A stretch of 64,000 nucleotides of DNA from an uncultured Mycobacterium sp. (lineage in GTDB: Bacteria; Actinomycetota; Actinomycetes; Mycobacteriales; Mycobacteriaceae), in NCBI GenBank assembly GCA_964513475.1, contig CAZEMS010000006.1, positions 34,031 to 98,030 of the forward strand. Reading direction: 5' to 3'. The notes under the pieces are model-generated. The model ran no database searches, was not told where the DNA came from, and saw only the letters and a program-made list of their open reading frames with translations. Made by a program: the position numbers and the translations under genes. How positions within the stretch are numbered: the stretch's first letter is position 1; each line of letters starts with the position of its first letter. Of the stretch, positions 35,373-46,800 are shown in pieces.

Positions 35373-36550
35373 CCGCGCCGCTGAACTTCGGCGTGTTCAT
35401 CACGCCGTTTCATCCGGTGGGCCAATCCCCCACCGTCGCACTCGAATACGACATGGACCGAACGGTCGCGCTGGACCGGCTCGGTTTCGACGAGGTCTGG
35501 TTCGGTGAACACCACTCCGGCGGCTACGAGCTGATCGCCTGCCCCGAAGTGTTCATCGCGGCGGCCGCCGAGCGCACCAGACACATCCGACTCGGCACCG
35601 GTGTGGTGTCGTTGCCCTACCACCATCCGTTGATGGTGGCCGACCGCTGGGTGCTGCTCGACCACCTCACCCGCGGACGTGTGATGTTCGGAACCGGTCC
35701 CGGCGCTTTGCCGTCTGATGCCCACATGCTGGGTATCGACCCGGTCGAGCAGCGCCGAATGATGCAGGAGGCGCTGGAGGCGATCCTGGCCCTGTTTCGC
35801 GCCGACCCGGACGACAGGATCAGCCGCCGCACCGACTGGTTCACCCTGCGCGACGCGCAGCTGCACATCCGGCCCTACACCTGGCCCTACCCCGAGATAT
35901 CCACTGCAGCAATGATTTCACCCTCGGGTCCGCGGCTGGCCGGCTCGCTGGGCACCTCGCTGCTGTCGCTTTCGATGTCGGTGCCGGGCGGATACGCCGC
36001 CCTCGAGACCACCTGGGGCATCGTCGCCGACCAGGCCGCTCGGTCGGGTCGAACAGAGCCGGACCGCGCCGACTGGCGGGTGTTGGGCATCGTGCACCTG
36101 GCCGACTCCCGCGAACAGGCGATCGAGGACTGCACCTACGGTCTGCAGGACTTCGCAAACTACTTCGGCGCGGCGGGCTTCGTGCCGCTGGCCAACACGG
36201 TCGACGGCGCCCGGTCACCACGCCAGTTCGTCGAAGACTATGCCGCGCAGGGTAACTGCTGTATCGGAACCCCGGGCGACGCGATCGTCTACCTTCAGGA
36301 CCTGCTGGACAGATCCGGCGGCTTCGGCACCTTCCTGTTGCTGGGCCACGACTGGGCCTCCCCGGCTGCGACCTACCACTCGTACGAACTGTTCGCCCGC
36401 GAGGTGATCCCGTTCTTCAAGGGCCAGCTACGCGCACCACGGGCCTCCCATGATTGGGCCAAGGGCATGCGGGATCAACTGCTGGGCCGCGCCGGAGAGG
36501 CGATCGTCAAGGCGATCGGTGAACACACCGACGAGGCAGCAGACGAATAG
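35369..36550 (+). CDS. Luciferase-like (LLM) flavin-dependent monooxygenase (Rv3618-like)
   Basis: WFGEHHSGG, IRLGTGVVSLPYHHP, GPGALPSD; GTGA-coupled to ephA. Confidence 0.87.
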   Translation: MTAPLNFGVFITPFHPVGQSPTVALEYDMDRTVALDRLGFDEVWFGEHHSGGYELIACPEVFIAAAAERTRHIRLGTGVVSLPYHHPLMVADRWVLLDHLTRGRVMFGTGPGALPSDAHMLGIDPVEQRRMMQEALEAILALFRADPDDRISRRTDWFTLRDAQLHIRPYTWPYPEISTAAMISPSGPRLAGSLGTSLLSLSMSVPGGYAALETTWGIVADQAARSGRTEPDRADWRVLGIVHLADSREQAIEDCTYGLQDFANYFGAAGFVPLANTVDGARSPRQFVEDYAAQGNCCIGTPGDAIVYLQDLLDRSGGFGTFLLLGHDWASPAATYHSYELFAREVIPFFKGQLRAPRASHDWAKGMRDQLLGRAGEAIVKAIGEHTDEAADE

Positions 36551-36592
36551 CCCTTGGGTGTTGCCCGCCTGATGGACGGTATGGTGCCAGTC

Positions 36593-37336
36593 ATGCTCGA
36601 GGGCCGCAGAGTGCACAGGTTCGTCCGGTATCTCATCATCTGCGCGGTCGCGGCGCTGACCGCCGTCGGCTTGGCGGCGTGCGATGCCAGACCGGGAGCC
36701 GCGCCCGAGTCGGATCCGGGCAGCCGTCAGGTGACTGTCGTCGGCTCCGGCGAAGTGCAGGGCACACCGGACACCCTGACCGCCGACATCACGATGGAGG
36801 CGGTCGCCCCGGACGTCAACGGTGCGATGAACCAGTCCGGCGAGCGCCAGCAAGCCGTCATCGACGCGCTGGCCGGTGCCGGCGTCGACAGCAGCGACAT
36901 CACCACCACCGACGTCAGCGTGCAACCGCAGTTGGGCGGTCCGGACAACGTGGCGATCGTCGGCTACCGCGCGCGCAACACCATCGAGGTGAAGCTCCGC
37001 GATCTGGACTCCGCGTCTCAGACGCTGGCGCTGATCGTGACCACCGGTGGAGACGCCACCCGGATCAACTCGGTCAACTACTCGATCGAAGACGATTCGC
37101 AGATGGTGCGCGACGCGCGTGCCCGCGCCTTCGACGACGCCCGGGATCGGGCCCAGCAATACGCGCAGTTGTCCGGGCTCGATCTCGGTCAGGTCATCTC
37201 GATCTCAGAGGCTCCCGGCGCCCGGCCGCCGGTGCCGATGCCGGCCGGACCGCGAGCCGAGCTCGGTGCCGTCCCGCTGGAGCCGGGTGAGCAGACCATC
37301 GGCTTCACCGTCACGGTGATCTGGGAACTGGGCTGA
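36593..37336 (+). CDS. lpqG: SIMPL-domain lipoprotein LpqG
   Basis: LAAC lipobox, VTVVGSGEV..TPD, VPLEPGEQT; TATGGT -10 seven nt before the ATG. Confidence 0.82.
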   Translation: MLEGRRVHRFVRYLIICAVAALTAVGLAACDARPGAAPESDPGSRQVTVVGSGEVQGTPDTLTADITMEAVAPDVNGAMNQSGERQQAVIDALAGAGVDSSDITTTDVSVQPQLGGPDNVAIVGYRARNTIEVKLRDLDSASQTLALIVTTGGDATRINSVNYSIEDDSQMVRDARARAFDDARDRAQQYAQLSGLDLGQVISISEAPGARPPVPMPAGPRAELGAVPLEPGEQTIGFTVTVIWELG

Positions 37337-37357
37337 GCTCCGGCTGTTCCAGTCCGG

Positions 37358-37942
37358 TCAGTACTGTTCGTAGACCTTCGGATCCAGCGTGCCGATGTAG
37401 GGCAGGTCGCGGTACCGCTCCGCGTAGTCCAGGCCGTATCCGACCACGAACTCGTTGGGGATGTCGAAACCCACGTAGTGGATGTCAACGTCGGTACGGA
37501 CCGCTTCCGGCTTGCGCAGCAGCGTGCACACCCGTAGAGAGCGGGGCTGTCGGCTGGCGAGATTGCGCAGTAACCACGACAGCGTGAGCCCGGAGTCAAC
37601 GATGTCCTCGACGATCAACACGTCGCGGTCGATGATGTCGCGGTCCAGATCCTTCAGGATGCGCACAACTCCCGACGACGAGGTCGACGAACCGTAGGAA
37701 CTGACCGCCATGAATTCCAGCTGGGTCGGCATCGGGATGGCGCGGGCCAGGTCGGTGACGAACATGACCGCGCCTTTGAGCACGGTCACCAGCATCAGAT
37801 CCTGCCCCTGCTCGTCGATCACCTCGCGGTAGGCCTGGCCGATCAGTTCGCCGAGTTCGGCCGTGCGACCCCGAATCTGCTCCTCGGAGAGCAGCACCGA
37901 ACGGATGTCACCGGGGTACAGCTCGGCAGTTTGCACAGGCAC
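37358..37942 (-). CDS. hpt: Hypoxanthine phosphoribosyltransferase
   Basis: [32 protein letters not shown]. Confidence 0.96.
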   Translation of the reverse strand: MPVQTAELYPGDIRSVLLSEEQIRGRTAELGELIGQAYREVIDEQGQDLMLVTVLKGAVMFVTDLARAIPMPTQLEFMAVSSYGSSTSSSGVVRILKDLDRDIIDRDVLIVEDIVDSGLTLSWLLRNLASRQPRSLRVCTLLRKPEAVRTDVDIHYVGFDIPNEFVVGYGLDYAERYRDLPYIGTLDPKVYEQY

Positions 37943-37991
37943 GCCCACAGCGTGCCATGCGGGCCAGGCCGATGCGACCACGTGTCGACAT

Positions 37992-38954
37992 TCAGACGGG
38001 TTCGCGGTGCATTCTCAGCACACCGTCTCGACGGCCGGCGATCAGCCGTTGGCCGCGCAGCGGCGACCCGACCGCGACTCCGCCTTGCCCGCGCCAGGCG
38101 GTGACCAGGGCGTCCACCCCGCGGATGTGCTTGTCGCCCAGCCCGGTGGCTCCGCCGGAAAGCAGCCAGCAGCGGATCACCCGGCGGCGGATCGCCTCGG
38201 GAAGCTCAGCCAGCAGCGCGGTGTCCATCCCGTCGCCGCAGGCCACCTCGGCCAGCGCCTGCCGAGCGAGCTCGTCGAGGGTGTCGGTGTCCTCGCGCAG
38301 CGCGGCTGCGGTGCGGGCCAGCGCCTGGGCGACCCCGCCGCCGAGGACCTCTTCGAGCAGGGGCAGCACCTCGGCGCGCAACCGGGCACGGGTGAACCGC
38401 CGATCCTCGTTGTGCGGATCGCGCCAGGGCTGCAGGCCCAGCTCGATGCAGGCTTCCCGAGTGAGGGTCCGGCGCACCCCGAGCAGCGGGCGATACCAGG
38501 GCGGATCGCAGGAGCGCATCCCCGCGATCGACCGGGGCCCGGATCCGCGGCCCAGGCCCAGCAGGACCGTCTCGGCCTGATCGTCAAGGGTATGAGCCAA
38601 CAGCACCGGAGCCTCACCTCGAGCCGCGTCCAGCGCTGCGTAGCGCGCCGTGCGGGCCGCTGATTCGGGTCCGCCGGTGGCCCCGACCTCGACGGGAAGC
38701 ACCTGCGCGGCAACACAACCCAACCGCAGGGCCTGCTCGCGTGCGGTCGTCGCGACCTGCGCGGAGCCCGGTTGCAGCTGGTGGTCGACGATCAGCGCGG
38801 TCGTCGGTCGCTGCCGTGCGGCCACCGCCGTCAGCGCCAGCGAGTCCGCACCACCGGAGAGCGCCACACACCAGGGCTCGTCGTCGGCGGCGTACCGGCG
38901 TGCGAACGCGGTCACCGCACCGCGCAACGCGGCTACAGCACCCGTTCGATCCAT
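37992..38954 (-). CDS. tilS: tRNA(Ile)-lysidine synthetase
   Basis: [33 protein letters not shown]. Confidence 0.94.
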   Translation of the reverse strand: MDRTGAVAALRGAVTAFARRYAADDEPWCVALSGGADSLALTAVAARQRPTTALIVDHQLQPGSAQVATTAREQALRLGCVAAQVLPVEVGATGGPESAARTARYAALDAARGEAPVLLAHTLDDQAETVLLGLGRGSGPRSIAGMRSCDPPWYRPLLGVRRTLTREACIELGLQPWRDPHNEDRRFTRARLRAEVLPLLEEVLGGGVAQALARTAAALREDTDTLDELARQALAEVACGDGMDTALLAELPEAIRRRVIRCWLLSGGATGLGDKHIRGVDALVTAWRGQGGVAVGSPLRGQRLIAGRRDGVLRMHREPV

Positions 38955-39979
38955 CGCCGCGGCTCCTCGATCTCGGCTGGCAGCGGAAGCGTTTCCGGAC
39001 CCGACCACACCGTGTTGAACCGGGCCATACCGACCTGCGCGACCACCGCGTCGACGAAAGCCTTACCGCGCGTGTACTGGCTGAGCTTGGCGTCGAACCC
39101 GAGTAGCGCGCGGACCAGCCGCTGCAGCGGTGGCTGCCTGCGCCTGCGGCGCTCGTCGAAGCGACGCCGGATGGTGGCGACCGACGGCACCACCTTGGGT
39201 CCGACGGCATCCATGACGTAATCCGCGTGGCCCTCCAGCAGGGTGCCCAGCACCAGCAGCTGATCGAGCGCGCGGCGCTGCGGCTCGGCCTGCACCGCCC
39301 GCAGCAGACCCACCATCCCCCCCGGCTCGGCGGTGCCCGTGGAACCGTTGCGGGCGCTGCGCACGAATTCGGCGAGCCTGCCGACGGCCTCGGCGATGTC
39401 CACCCCGGGCTCCTCGGTAAGCACCCCCAGCGCGCCGGCCATGTGATCAGCCAGCCACGGATGGGCCCGGAACTGGACCCGGTGAGTCACCTCGTGCAGA
39501 CACACCCACAGCCTGAAATCAGCAGGTGTCAAACGTAATTGGCGTTCAACGGCGATTACGTTCGGATACACCAGCAGCAACTCGCCACCGCGGACTCCGA
39601 ACGGGTCGTACTGCCCCAGGATGCCCGAGGACACGAACGCCAGGACCGCGCCGGTCTGCGCCCCGGTCATCCGGCCGCTGATGAAGCCTCGGGGTTTCTC
39701 ACCACCACCGGTCATCACTTGCATCGACTGGGTGGCCGCCCGGATCCAGTCCGGCCGGTCAACCACGCGTGCCTCCGGGATCTCACCACCTTCGATCAAC
39801 CCGGTCACTTCGCGCACCGGCAACTCGGCCCGGCGTGCGAATTCCGACAACTGCTCGATCGCCTGCCGGCGGGTGTAATCGGTGGCCGACGGCGCCGGAC
39901 GCGCCAGTTTCACCCCCACGGTCGCGGCGAAGTGCCAGTCCACCGCACGCCCGAGCGTCAGCCCGGCAGAGCTACTCAC
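38933..39979 (-). CDS. Zinc-dependent metalloprotease (Rv3626c-like)
   Basis: LGQYDPF, LHEVTHRVQF (HExxH), LLEGHADYVMD, QYTRG. Confidence 0.85.
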   Translation of the reverse strand: MSSSAGLTLGRAVDWHFAATVGVKLARPAPSATDYTRRQAIEQLSEFARRAELPVREVTGLIEGGEIPEARVVDRPDWIRAATQSMQVMTGGGEKPRGFISGRMTGAQTGAVLAFVSSGILGQYDPFGVRGGELLLVYPNVIAVERQLRLTPADFRLWVCLHEVTHRVQFRAHPWLADHMAGALGVLTEEPGVDIAEAVGRLAEFVRSARNGSTGTAEPGGMVGLLRAVQAEPQRRALDQLLVLGTLLEGHADYVMDAVGPKVVPSVATIRRRFDERRRRRQPPLQRLVRALLGFDAKLSQYTRGKAFVDAVVAQVGMARFNTVWSGPETLPLPAEIEEPRRWIERVL

Positions 39980-41367
39980 GAGTGGCATCCGCACGACCGC
40001 AGGGCGGTGGCCACCGCGTCGATCGCAGTGCGGCCGGTCGGCCCGGCGTCGTTGGAGAGCAACGCGAAGGTGAGCACCCGGCCGCTGTCGTCGGTGACGA
40101 TCCCGGCCAACGCATTGGTGCCGGTCAGCGATCCGGTCTTGGCACGCAGCCAGCCGGAGGCGTCGCGCCCCGCCTCGGTGTCCAGGTAGCGGTTGGACAA
40201 CGTACCGCTGCCGCCGGCAACCGGCAGCAGGTCGACCAGCGGGCGCAGGTCGGGGTGGCCGTCTCCGGTGGCGGCGTTGATCACCCCGTCGATCGTGGTG
40301 GCGGTCAACCGGTCGTCGACCGACAGTCCGCTGGAGTCCTCCAACCGCGCACCACGGGTGTCGATGCCGGCATCGGCCAGAACGCTCAGCACGGCCTGTG
40401 CAGCGCCGGTGAAGCTCGGCGGTCGATTCAGGTAGTCCGCCACCTCGCGGCCGATCGACTCGGCCATCACGTTGTCGCTCGCGTGCATCATCACGCGCAG
40501 CCGCTCCATCAGCGGCGGCGACTGCACCGCAGCGATCTGGTGACCACCGTTGAACACCGTCGGCAGGACGGTGACCGTCGCGGGATCGACGCCGAGCGCC
40601 GCGGCCAAGGCGCGGCCGGCGTCCAGCGCGGGGGTCCTGGACCGGCGTGACTCCACACTGACCGGCTGGGTCCGACCGCCGTCGAGCATCACCGGTTCGA
40701 TCGGCGCGATGTCACCGCCGTCGATGTCGAGCGGATCCCAGCCCACAGCCATGGTCGGCCCGGTATAGGCACTGACGTCGACCTGAACCCCGGTCACCGC
40801 GATGCCGCTGCGCCGCACCTGCTCGGCCAGGTCGCTGATCCGGGCCGCGTCGCGGTACCAGGTCTGAGCGCCTTTCGGGGCAGCCGACAACGTGGGATCG
40901 CCACCGCCCTTGAGCACGACCAGTCCGGGTTGTCTGCGCTGGTCGGCTGCCACCACAGTGGTGGTCAGCCGCGCGTCGCGTTCGAGGGTGAGCAGTGCTG
41001 CGGCCGCGGTGAGCGCCTTGTTCGTCGATGCCGGCTGCATCGGCACGTCAGCCCCGCGTACCCACAGCGGGGTTCCGCTGATCGCGTCGCTGACGCGGCC
41101 GGTCAGATCACCCAGGTTCGGGTCGGCCAGGGCAGGCGCCAGGGTGGCCGCCAGCCCGGACGGGGTGGGTTCGGGAGCGGTGTCGGCGACCGGGACGACG
41201 CCCGGTTGGGCCGTCGCCGGAGCCGGTGCCGGCTTGGCCACGGGTGCCTCGCCGGCCGAGGGGCCGGTACTCAGCATCGCCGCCACCATGACCACCACGG
41301 TCACCACGGCCAGCACCGCCAGTCCGATCGCCACGTGGGTTGATCGACGCCACCGAGTGGGCCGCAT
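39976..41367 (-). CDS. dacB: D-alanyl-D-alanine carboxypeptidase/endopeptidase (PBP4 family, Rv3627c-like)
   Basis: ASTNK, SDN and KTG motifs; N-terminal TM helix. Confidence 0.9.
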   Translation of the reverse strand: MRPTRWRRSTHVAIGLAVLAVVTVVVMVAAMLSTGPSAGEAPVAKPAPAPATAQPGVVPVADTAPEPTPSGLAATLAPALADPNLGDLTGRVSDAISGTPLWVRGADVPMQPASTNKALTAAAALLTLERDARLTTTVVAADQRRQPGLVVLKGGGDPTLSAAPKGAQTWYRDAARISDLAEQVRRSGIAVTGVQVDVSAYTGPTMAVGWDPLDIDGGDIAPIEPVMLDGGRTQPVSVESRRSRTPALDAGRALAAALGVDPATVTVLPTVFNGGHQIAAVQSPPLMERLRVMMHASDNVMAESIGREVADYLNRPPSFTGAAQAVLSVLADAGIDTRGARLEDSSGLSVDDRLTATTIDGVINAATGDGHPDLRPLVDLLPVAGGSGTLSNRYLDTEAGRDASGWLRAKTGSLTGTNALAGIVTDDSGRVLTFALLSNDAGPTGRTAIDAVATALRSCGCHS

Positions 41368-41488
41368 GTACCTCCCCTTCTCGAGTGTCAGTAAGGCGCC
41401 CTTTAGTGCAGCGTATCGCTCCACTACTGTTGACCCGCGTCGTCACCTGGCGCACCCAGAGTCGAGCACAGGCGAAGGAGCCACGGCA

Positions 41489-41977
41489 GTGCAGTTCGAG
41501 GTAGTCATCGAGATTCCGAAGGGTTCACGCAACAAATACGAGGTGGACCACGACACCGGGCGGGTGAAGCTCGACCGCCATCTGTACACCTCGATGGGGT
41601 ACCCCACCGATTACGGCTTCATCGAGGACAGCCTCGGGGAGGACGGCGACCCGCTCGATGCGATGGTGCTGTTGCCGGAGTCGGTCTTTCCCGGCTGCAC
41701 GATCTTGGCGCGGCCGGTCGCGATGTTCCAGATGACCGACGAGATGGGCGGCGACGACAAGGTGCTGTGCGTGCCCGCGGGAGACTCGCGGTGGGATCAC
41801 GTTCAGGAACTCGGCGACGTGCCGTCGTTCGAGCTGGAAGCGATCAAGCATTTCTTCGTCCACTACAAGGACCTGGAGCCGAACAAGTTCGTCAAGGCCG
41901 CCGACTGGGCCGGGCGCGACAAGGCCGAGGCCGAGGTGCTGCGTTCGCTGGAGCGCTTCCAGGCGGACCCGCACTGA
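41489..41977 (+). CDS. ppa: Inorganic pyrophosphatase
   Basis: [27 protein letters not shown]; GAAGGAG RBS. Confidence 0.96.
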   Translation: MQFEVVIEIPKGSRNKYEVDHDTGRVKLDRHLYTSMGYPTDYGFIEDSLGEDGDPLDAMVLLPESVFPGCTILARPVAMFQMTDEMGGDDKVLCVPAGDSRWDHVQELGDVPSFELEAIKHFFVHYKDLEPNKFVKAADWAGRDKAEAEVLRSLERFQADPH

Positions 41978-42113
41978 CCTCGCACCGAAGGCGTCCCTGA
42001 TACGAGGGCGTTACTGTCTGTTGCACGCCGGTTAAATCCGGTTCTTCGGCTGGCGATCGGGCTATCCGGCTCTGATCATTGCGGTGAGAGTTCCTTCGAG
42101 AGGTGCCACCGCA

Positions 42114-42635
42114 ATGTTGATGCATCAGGGCATAGGCTTGGACGCCTTCAACGGCATGCCGATGCGCAAGGCCGTCCACGCGGTCTTCGAGTGTTGCTCC
42201 AGCGTCCCGCTGGCGGCCGACCTGGCCCGCGGCCGGCCCTACGCCTGCCACGAAGCTTTGCTGCGGCGCGCTGACGACCTGCTCTTCGACCTGTCCGAGG
42301 CGTCGATGGACGAGATCCTGCAGGCCTATCCCTGCGTCGGGCAACGCCCGCGCAGCACTCGGTCGGCCGCCGAAGTCTGCGCGGTCTGGGACGACCGCGC
42401 AGAGATGATGGACCAACTCAAGGCCGCGACCGACCACTATGCCGACCAGTTCGGCTTCCCGTTCGTCATGTACGTCGACGGCCTCGATGCCGACGGAGTC
42501 CTGGCCGCGGTCGGCGATCGGATGCACAACGTGGCAGAAACCGAGCGCAAGGTCGTCCGCAACGAACTGGCCAAGATCAATCGGAGTCGGCTGCAGCGCA
42601 TGCTGGGCCCGGAGGGCGGCTACCAGAACTGGTGA
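42114..42635 (+). CDS. OHCU decarboxylase (UraD)-family protein, divergent
   Basis: LDAFN, RPY, SAAE, YADQFGFPFV, ELAKINRSRL; usual HP motif reads YP. Confidence 0.75.
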   Translation: MLMHQGIGLDAFNGMPMRKAVHAVFECCSSVPLAADLARGRPYACHEALLRRADDLLFDLSEASMDEILQAYPCVGQRPRSTRSAAEVCAVWDDRAEMMDQLKAATDHYADQFGFPFVMYVDGLDADGVLAAVGDRMHNVAETERKVVRNELAKINRSRLQRMLGPEGGYQNW

Positions 42636-42659
42636 GAGCGCTCGCCTAAGCTCGGTGCG

Positions 42660-43700
42660 GTGAACCCGTCGGGGTCTGCGGCGCGCCCTCGTTTCCTGTC
42701 GCTGCCGGATCTGGCTGCGCGGTCGGTGGGCGGCGCCGTGTTGTGGGCGAACGATGACCTCTTCGCCGCGAAGGAGAACCTCATCGCGGCCGGGCCGGCC
42801 CGGCACAGTTCGGCCACTTTCGGCCACAAGGGTCAGGTCTACGACGGGTGGGAGACCCGGCGGACCCGCGGCGTCGGACCGGAATCCCACGACTCGGCCA
42901 TCGTCCGGCTCGGTGTGCCCGCGATCGTGCGCGGACTGGTGGTGGACACCTCGTGGTTCACCGGAAACCACCCGGCGCAGATCTCGGTTCAAGCCGCTTT
43001 CGCGCCGGGTCATCCGTCGGCACAGCAGCTGGTCGGCGAGACGCATTGGACCACCCTGGTGCCGCGCAGCAAGGTCGGCGGCGACTGCCTGAACCCGTTC
43101 GAGGTTGCTTCGGACCGAGCCTGGACCCATCTGCGACTGTGCATCTACCCCGACGGCGGTGTGGCACGACTTCGGGTGCACGGCGAGGGGCTGCTGGACC
43201 CGGGGTTCGCCGACCTGCCCCTGGACCTGGCGGCCCTGCAGAGCGGCGCCCGTGTTCTCGCCTGCTCGGACATGTTCTACGGCTCGCCGAACAATCTGCT
43301 GCTGCCCGGCGTGGCCCGCACGATCGGCGAGGGGTGGGAGACCGCACGGCGCCGCGACAGCGGCAACGACTGGGTACACCTGCAGCTGGCGGGCTCCGGC
43401 CTGGTGACCACCGCAGAACTGGATACGTCCTGCTTCATCGGCAATGCCCCCGGCGCCGCACGGTTGAGTGGGCGTGACGGCAGTGATCCCCGCGGCGAGT
43501 GGTTCGAGTTGCTGGCACTCACCGAGTTGCAGCCCGACACCCGTCACCGCTTCCGCCTCGGCGATCCGCGCTCGGTCACCGAGGCCAGGCTCGACATCTA
43601 TCCGGACGGCGGCATGGCACGGCTGCGGTTGTACGGCACGCTGACCGCCGCAGGACAGCGCCGGGCCCGCGAGAAATGGGATACCGGCGGTCGCAGTTGA
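42660..43700 (+). CDS. alc: Allantoicase
   Basis: Two repeats: DDLFAAKENLI/DGWETRR/DGGVARLRVHG and DMFYGSPNNLL/EGWETARR/DGGMARLRLYG. Confidence 0.92.
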   Translation: MNPSGSAARPRFLSLPDLAARSVGGAVLWANDDLFAAKENLIAAGPARHSSATFGHKGQVYDGWETRRTRGVGPESHDSAIVRLGVPAIVRGLVVDTSWFTGNHPAQISVQAAFAPGHPSAQQLVGETHWTTLVPRSKVGGDCLNPFEVASDRAWTHLRLCIYPDGGVARLRVHGEGLLDPGFADLPLDLAALQSGARVLACSDMFYGSPNNLLLPGVARTIGEGWETARRRDSGNDWVHLQLAGSGLVTTAELDTSCFIGNAPGAARLSGRDGSDPRGEWFELLALTELQPDTRHRFRLGDPRSVTEARLDIYPDGGMARLRLYGTLTAAGQRRAREKWDTGGRS

Positions 43701-43829
43701 CCCGATCCGGCGCTCGCGCGCATCGACATTGAGGATTGGCAGGGCGTCACTCGAACTTTGGCTGCCAATGTTCAATCTCGGCAGCGGGGCACATCAGCGG
43801 CGGGACTGACGCTGAGTAGGTTTGGTGCC

Positions 43830-46800
43830 GTGTCAGCGGCATACCCCGGGATTCCCGCGCAGTACGCGCTGTCGTCGTTGGCTGCCGAACCACGCACCTT
43901 GATCGACATCCTCAACGACACCGCCGCCCGCTACCCGGACGCGGCGGCGATCGACGACGGCAGCGTCCAGCTCAGCTACGACGAACTGGTCTCCGACATC
44001 GAAGAGAGCGTTCAATGGCTGGCCGCCCGTGGCATCGGCCGCGGCGACCGGGTCGGCATCCGCATGCCATCGGGCAGCTACGCGCTCTACGTCGCGATCC
44101 TGGCCGTCCTGGCCGCCGGGGCGGCTTACGTGCCGGTGGACGCCGACGATCCCGGGGAGCGCGCCGAACTGGTCTTCACCGAGGCCGACGTCGTCGCCGT
44201 GATCACCGAAGCCGGCCTGGTCCGCTGGCCCGGTTCGTCTCGCGGCTGGCGGGCGGGGGCTCCGCTGGGCCGCGACGACGCCTGGATCATCTTCACCTCG
44301 GGCTCCACCGGTACCCCCAAGGGCGTGGCGGTGACGCACCGCAGCGCCGCCGCCTTCGTCGATGCAGAAGCGCAGATGTTCGTCCAGCACAGCCCGCTCG
44401 GCCCCGGCGACCGGGTGCTGGCCGGGCTCTCGGTGGGCTTCGACGCATCGTGTGAGGAGATGTGGTTGGCCTGGAGGCACGGCGCATGCCTGGTCCCGGC
44501 GCCACGGTCACTGGTACGCAGCGGCATGGACCTGGGTCCGTGGCTGGTTTCGCGGGAGATCACCGTGGTGTCCACGGTGCCGGCACTGGCCGCGCTCTGG
44601 CCCGCCGAAGCACTGGAATCGGTGCGCCTGTTGATCTTCGGAGGCGAGGCGTGCCCGCCCGAACTGGCCCGGCGCCTCACCGCGGGTCCCGATTCGGCGG
44701 GCCGTGAGGTGTGGAACACCTACGGCCCCACCGAGGCCACCGTCGTCGCCTGCGCGGCCCGGTTGGACGGCGCAGTGGAGCAGCAGGGCGACGAGTTGGG
44801 CTCCGACCTGAGTGCGGTCAGCATCGGATTGCCGCTGCCCGGCTGGGATCTGGCGGTCGTGGACGGCCAGGGCATACCCGTCGGCACCGGTGAGGTCGGC
44901 GAACTGGTGATTGGTGGGGTAGGCCTGGCGCGCTACCTCGATCCGGCCAAGGACGCAGAGAAGTACGCGCCGATGGACACTCTGGGCTGGGCGCGTGCCT
45001 ACCGCACCGGTGACCTGGTGCGGCTGGAGGCCGAGGGTTTGTACTTCTGCGGCCGGGCCGACGACCAGGTCAAGGTTGGCGGGCGGCGGATCGAACTCGG
45101 CGAGGTCGATGCGGCGCTGACCCAGCTGCCGGGCGTCAGCGCCGGCGCCACCGCAGTCCGGCACAACTCCAGCGGGACACCCCTGCTGGTCGGCTACATC
45201 GTGGCTCAGACCGCAGGACCCGAGCAGGAGTTCGACGTGTCCGCAGCTCGGGCGATGTTGGCAGATACCTTGCCTGCCGCCATGGTGCCGCGACTGGTAC
45301 TGCTCGACGAACTGCCCACCCGGACCTCGGGCAAGGTCGACCGGGATGCGTTGCCCTGGCCGGTGGACGGTGCCGACGATGCGGCCAGCGGACCGTCACT
45401 CGGCGGCACCGCCGGATGGCTGGCCGAGTTGTGGCGCGACGTCCTCGCAGCGCCCGTCGACGGTCCAGAAGCCGACTTCTTCGCCCTTGGCGGCGGCTCG
45501 TTGTCGGCGGCGCAGCTGGTGGCCGCGTTGCGGCCACGCTACCCGCAGGTGACTGTCGCCGACCTGTATGACCATCCCCGGCTCGGATCGCTGGTGGCCT
45601 ACCTCGACGAACTCGAGCCGCCGCCCAGGGTCGAAACGCGCGAGGTGACCCCGACGTCGTGGCTGACCCAGGCGGCGCAGGTCGCGTTGTCGGTACCGCT
45701 GGCCACGCTGACCGGACTGCAATGGGTGATCTGGCTGGCGGCGGTCAACAACCTCGCCGCTGCCTGGAACCTGGTGCCCTGGACCAGGGCGGTGAGCTGG
45801 TGGTGGATCGTCGCCGGATTCGTTCTGTTCGTCGCGCCGGTGGGCCGGATGGGAATCGCTGCGCTGGGGGCGCGGATGCTGCTCGGCGGCCTGCAGCCCG
45901 GAACCTACCGCCGCGGAGGTGCGGTGCACCTTCGGGTGTGGCTCGCCGAGCGGCTTGCCGCGGCCAGCGGTGCGGAGAATCTGGCAGGCGCGCCATGGTT
46001 GGTTTACTACGCACGGGCGCTGGGCAACTCGATCGGCAAAGGGGTTGACCTGCATTCGGCTCCGCCGGTGACCGGGATGTTGACACTCGGGCACCGTTGC
46101 TCAGTCGAACCCGAGGTCGACCTGTCCGGATATTGGATCGACGGGGACCTGTTCCACGTCGGGCCGATCACCGTGGGCAATGACGCCACCATCGGCGCCC
46201 GCACCACTCTGCTTCCCGGCGCGGTCGTCGGCAAGAACGCTGATGTGGCACCGGGTTCCGGGGTGACCGGCAAGGTGAAGAACCGCCAGTACTGGAAGGG
46301 CTCACCCGCGGTGAAGTCCGGTAAGGCGCGACACCCGTGGCCCGACCACCGACCACCGCGCGCACCGCAGTGGGTCGCCGCGTTCGGGGTGACGTCGCTG
46401 CTGTTGGGCGCGCTGCCGCTGGCCGCGCTGGCATGCGGTCTGGCGGTGATCGGCTGGGCCGTGCGCGACACCGAGTCGCTGTCACAGGCAATCGGGCCGG
46501 CCGTGCTGTGGACTCCGGTGGCGGCTCTGGTCGCCCTCGCGGTGTACGCGGCACTGACGGTGATCGGGGTACGCGCACTGTCGGTTCGGCTCTACGAGGG
46601 CTACCACCCGGTGCGCAGTCGCACCGGATGGCAGCTGTGGGCCACCGAGCGGTTGATGGACGCGGCGCGCAACTACCTGTTCCCGCTCTATGCCAGCCTG
46701 CTCACACCGTGGTGGCTGAGACTGCTGGGGGCGAAGGTAGGTCGCGGCACCGAGATCTCAACGGCGCTACTGACTCCGAAGTTCACCGTGATCGAGGACG

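Noticed and set aside
42010-42030. GTTAC...GCAC as a GlnR box upstream of uraD
   Set aside because: Spacing between the AC pairs is 10 rather than the 9 of the AC-n9-AC consensus.
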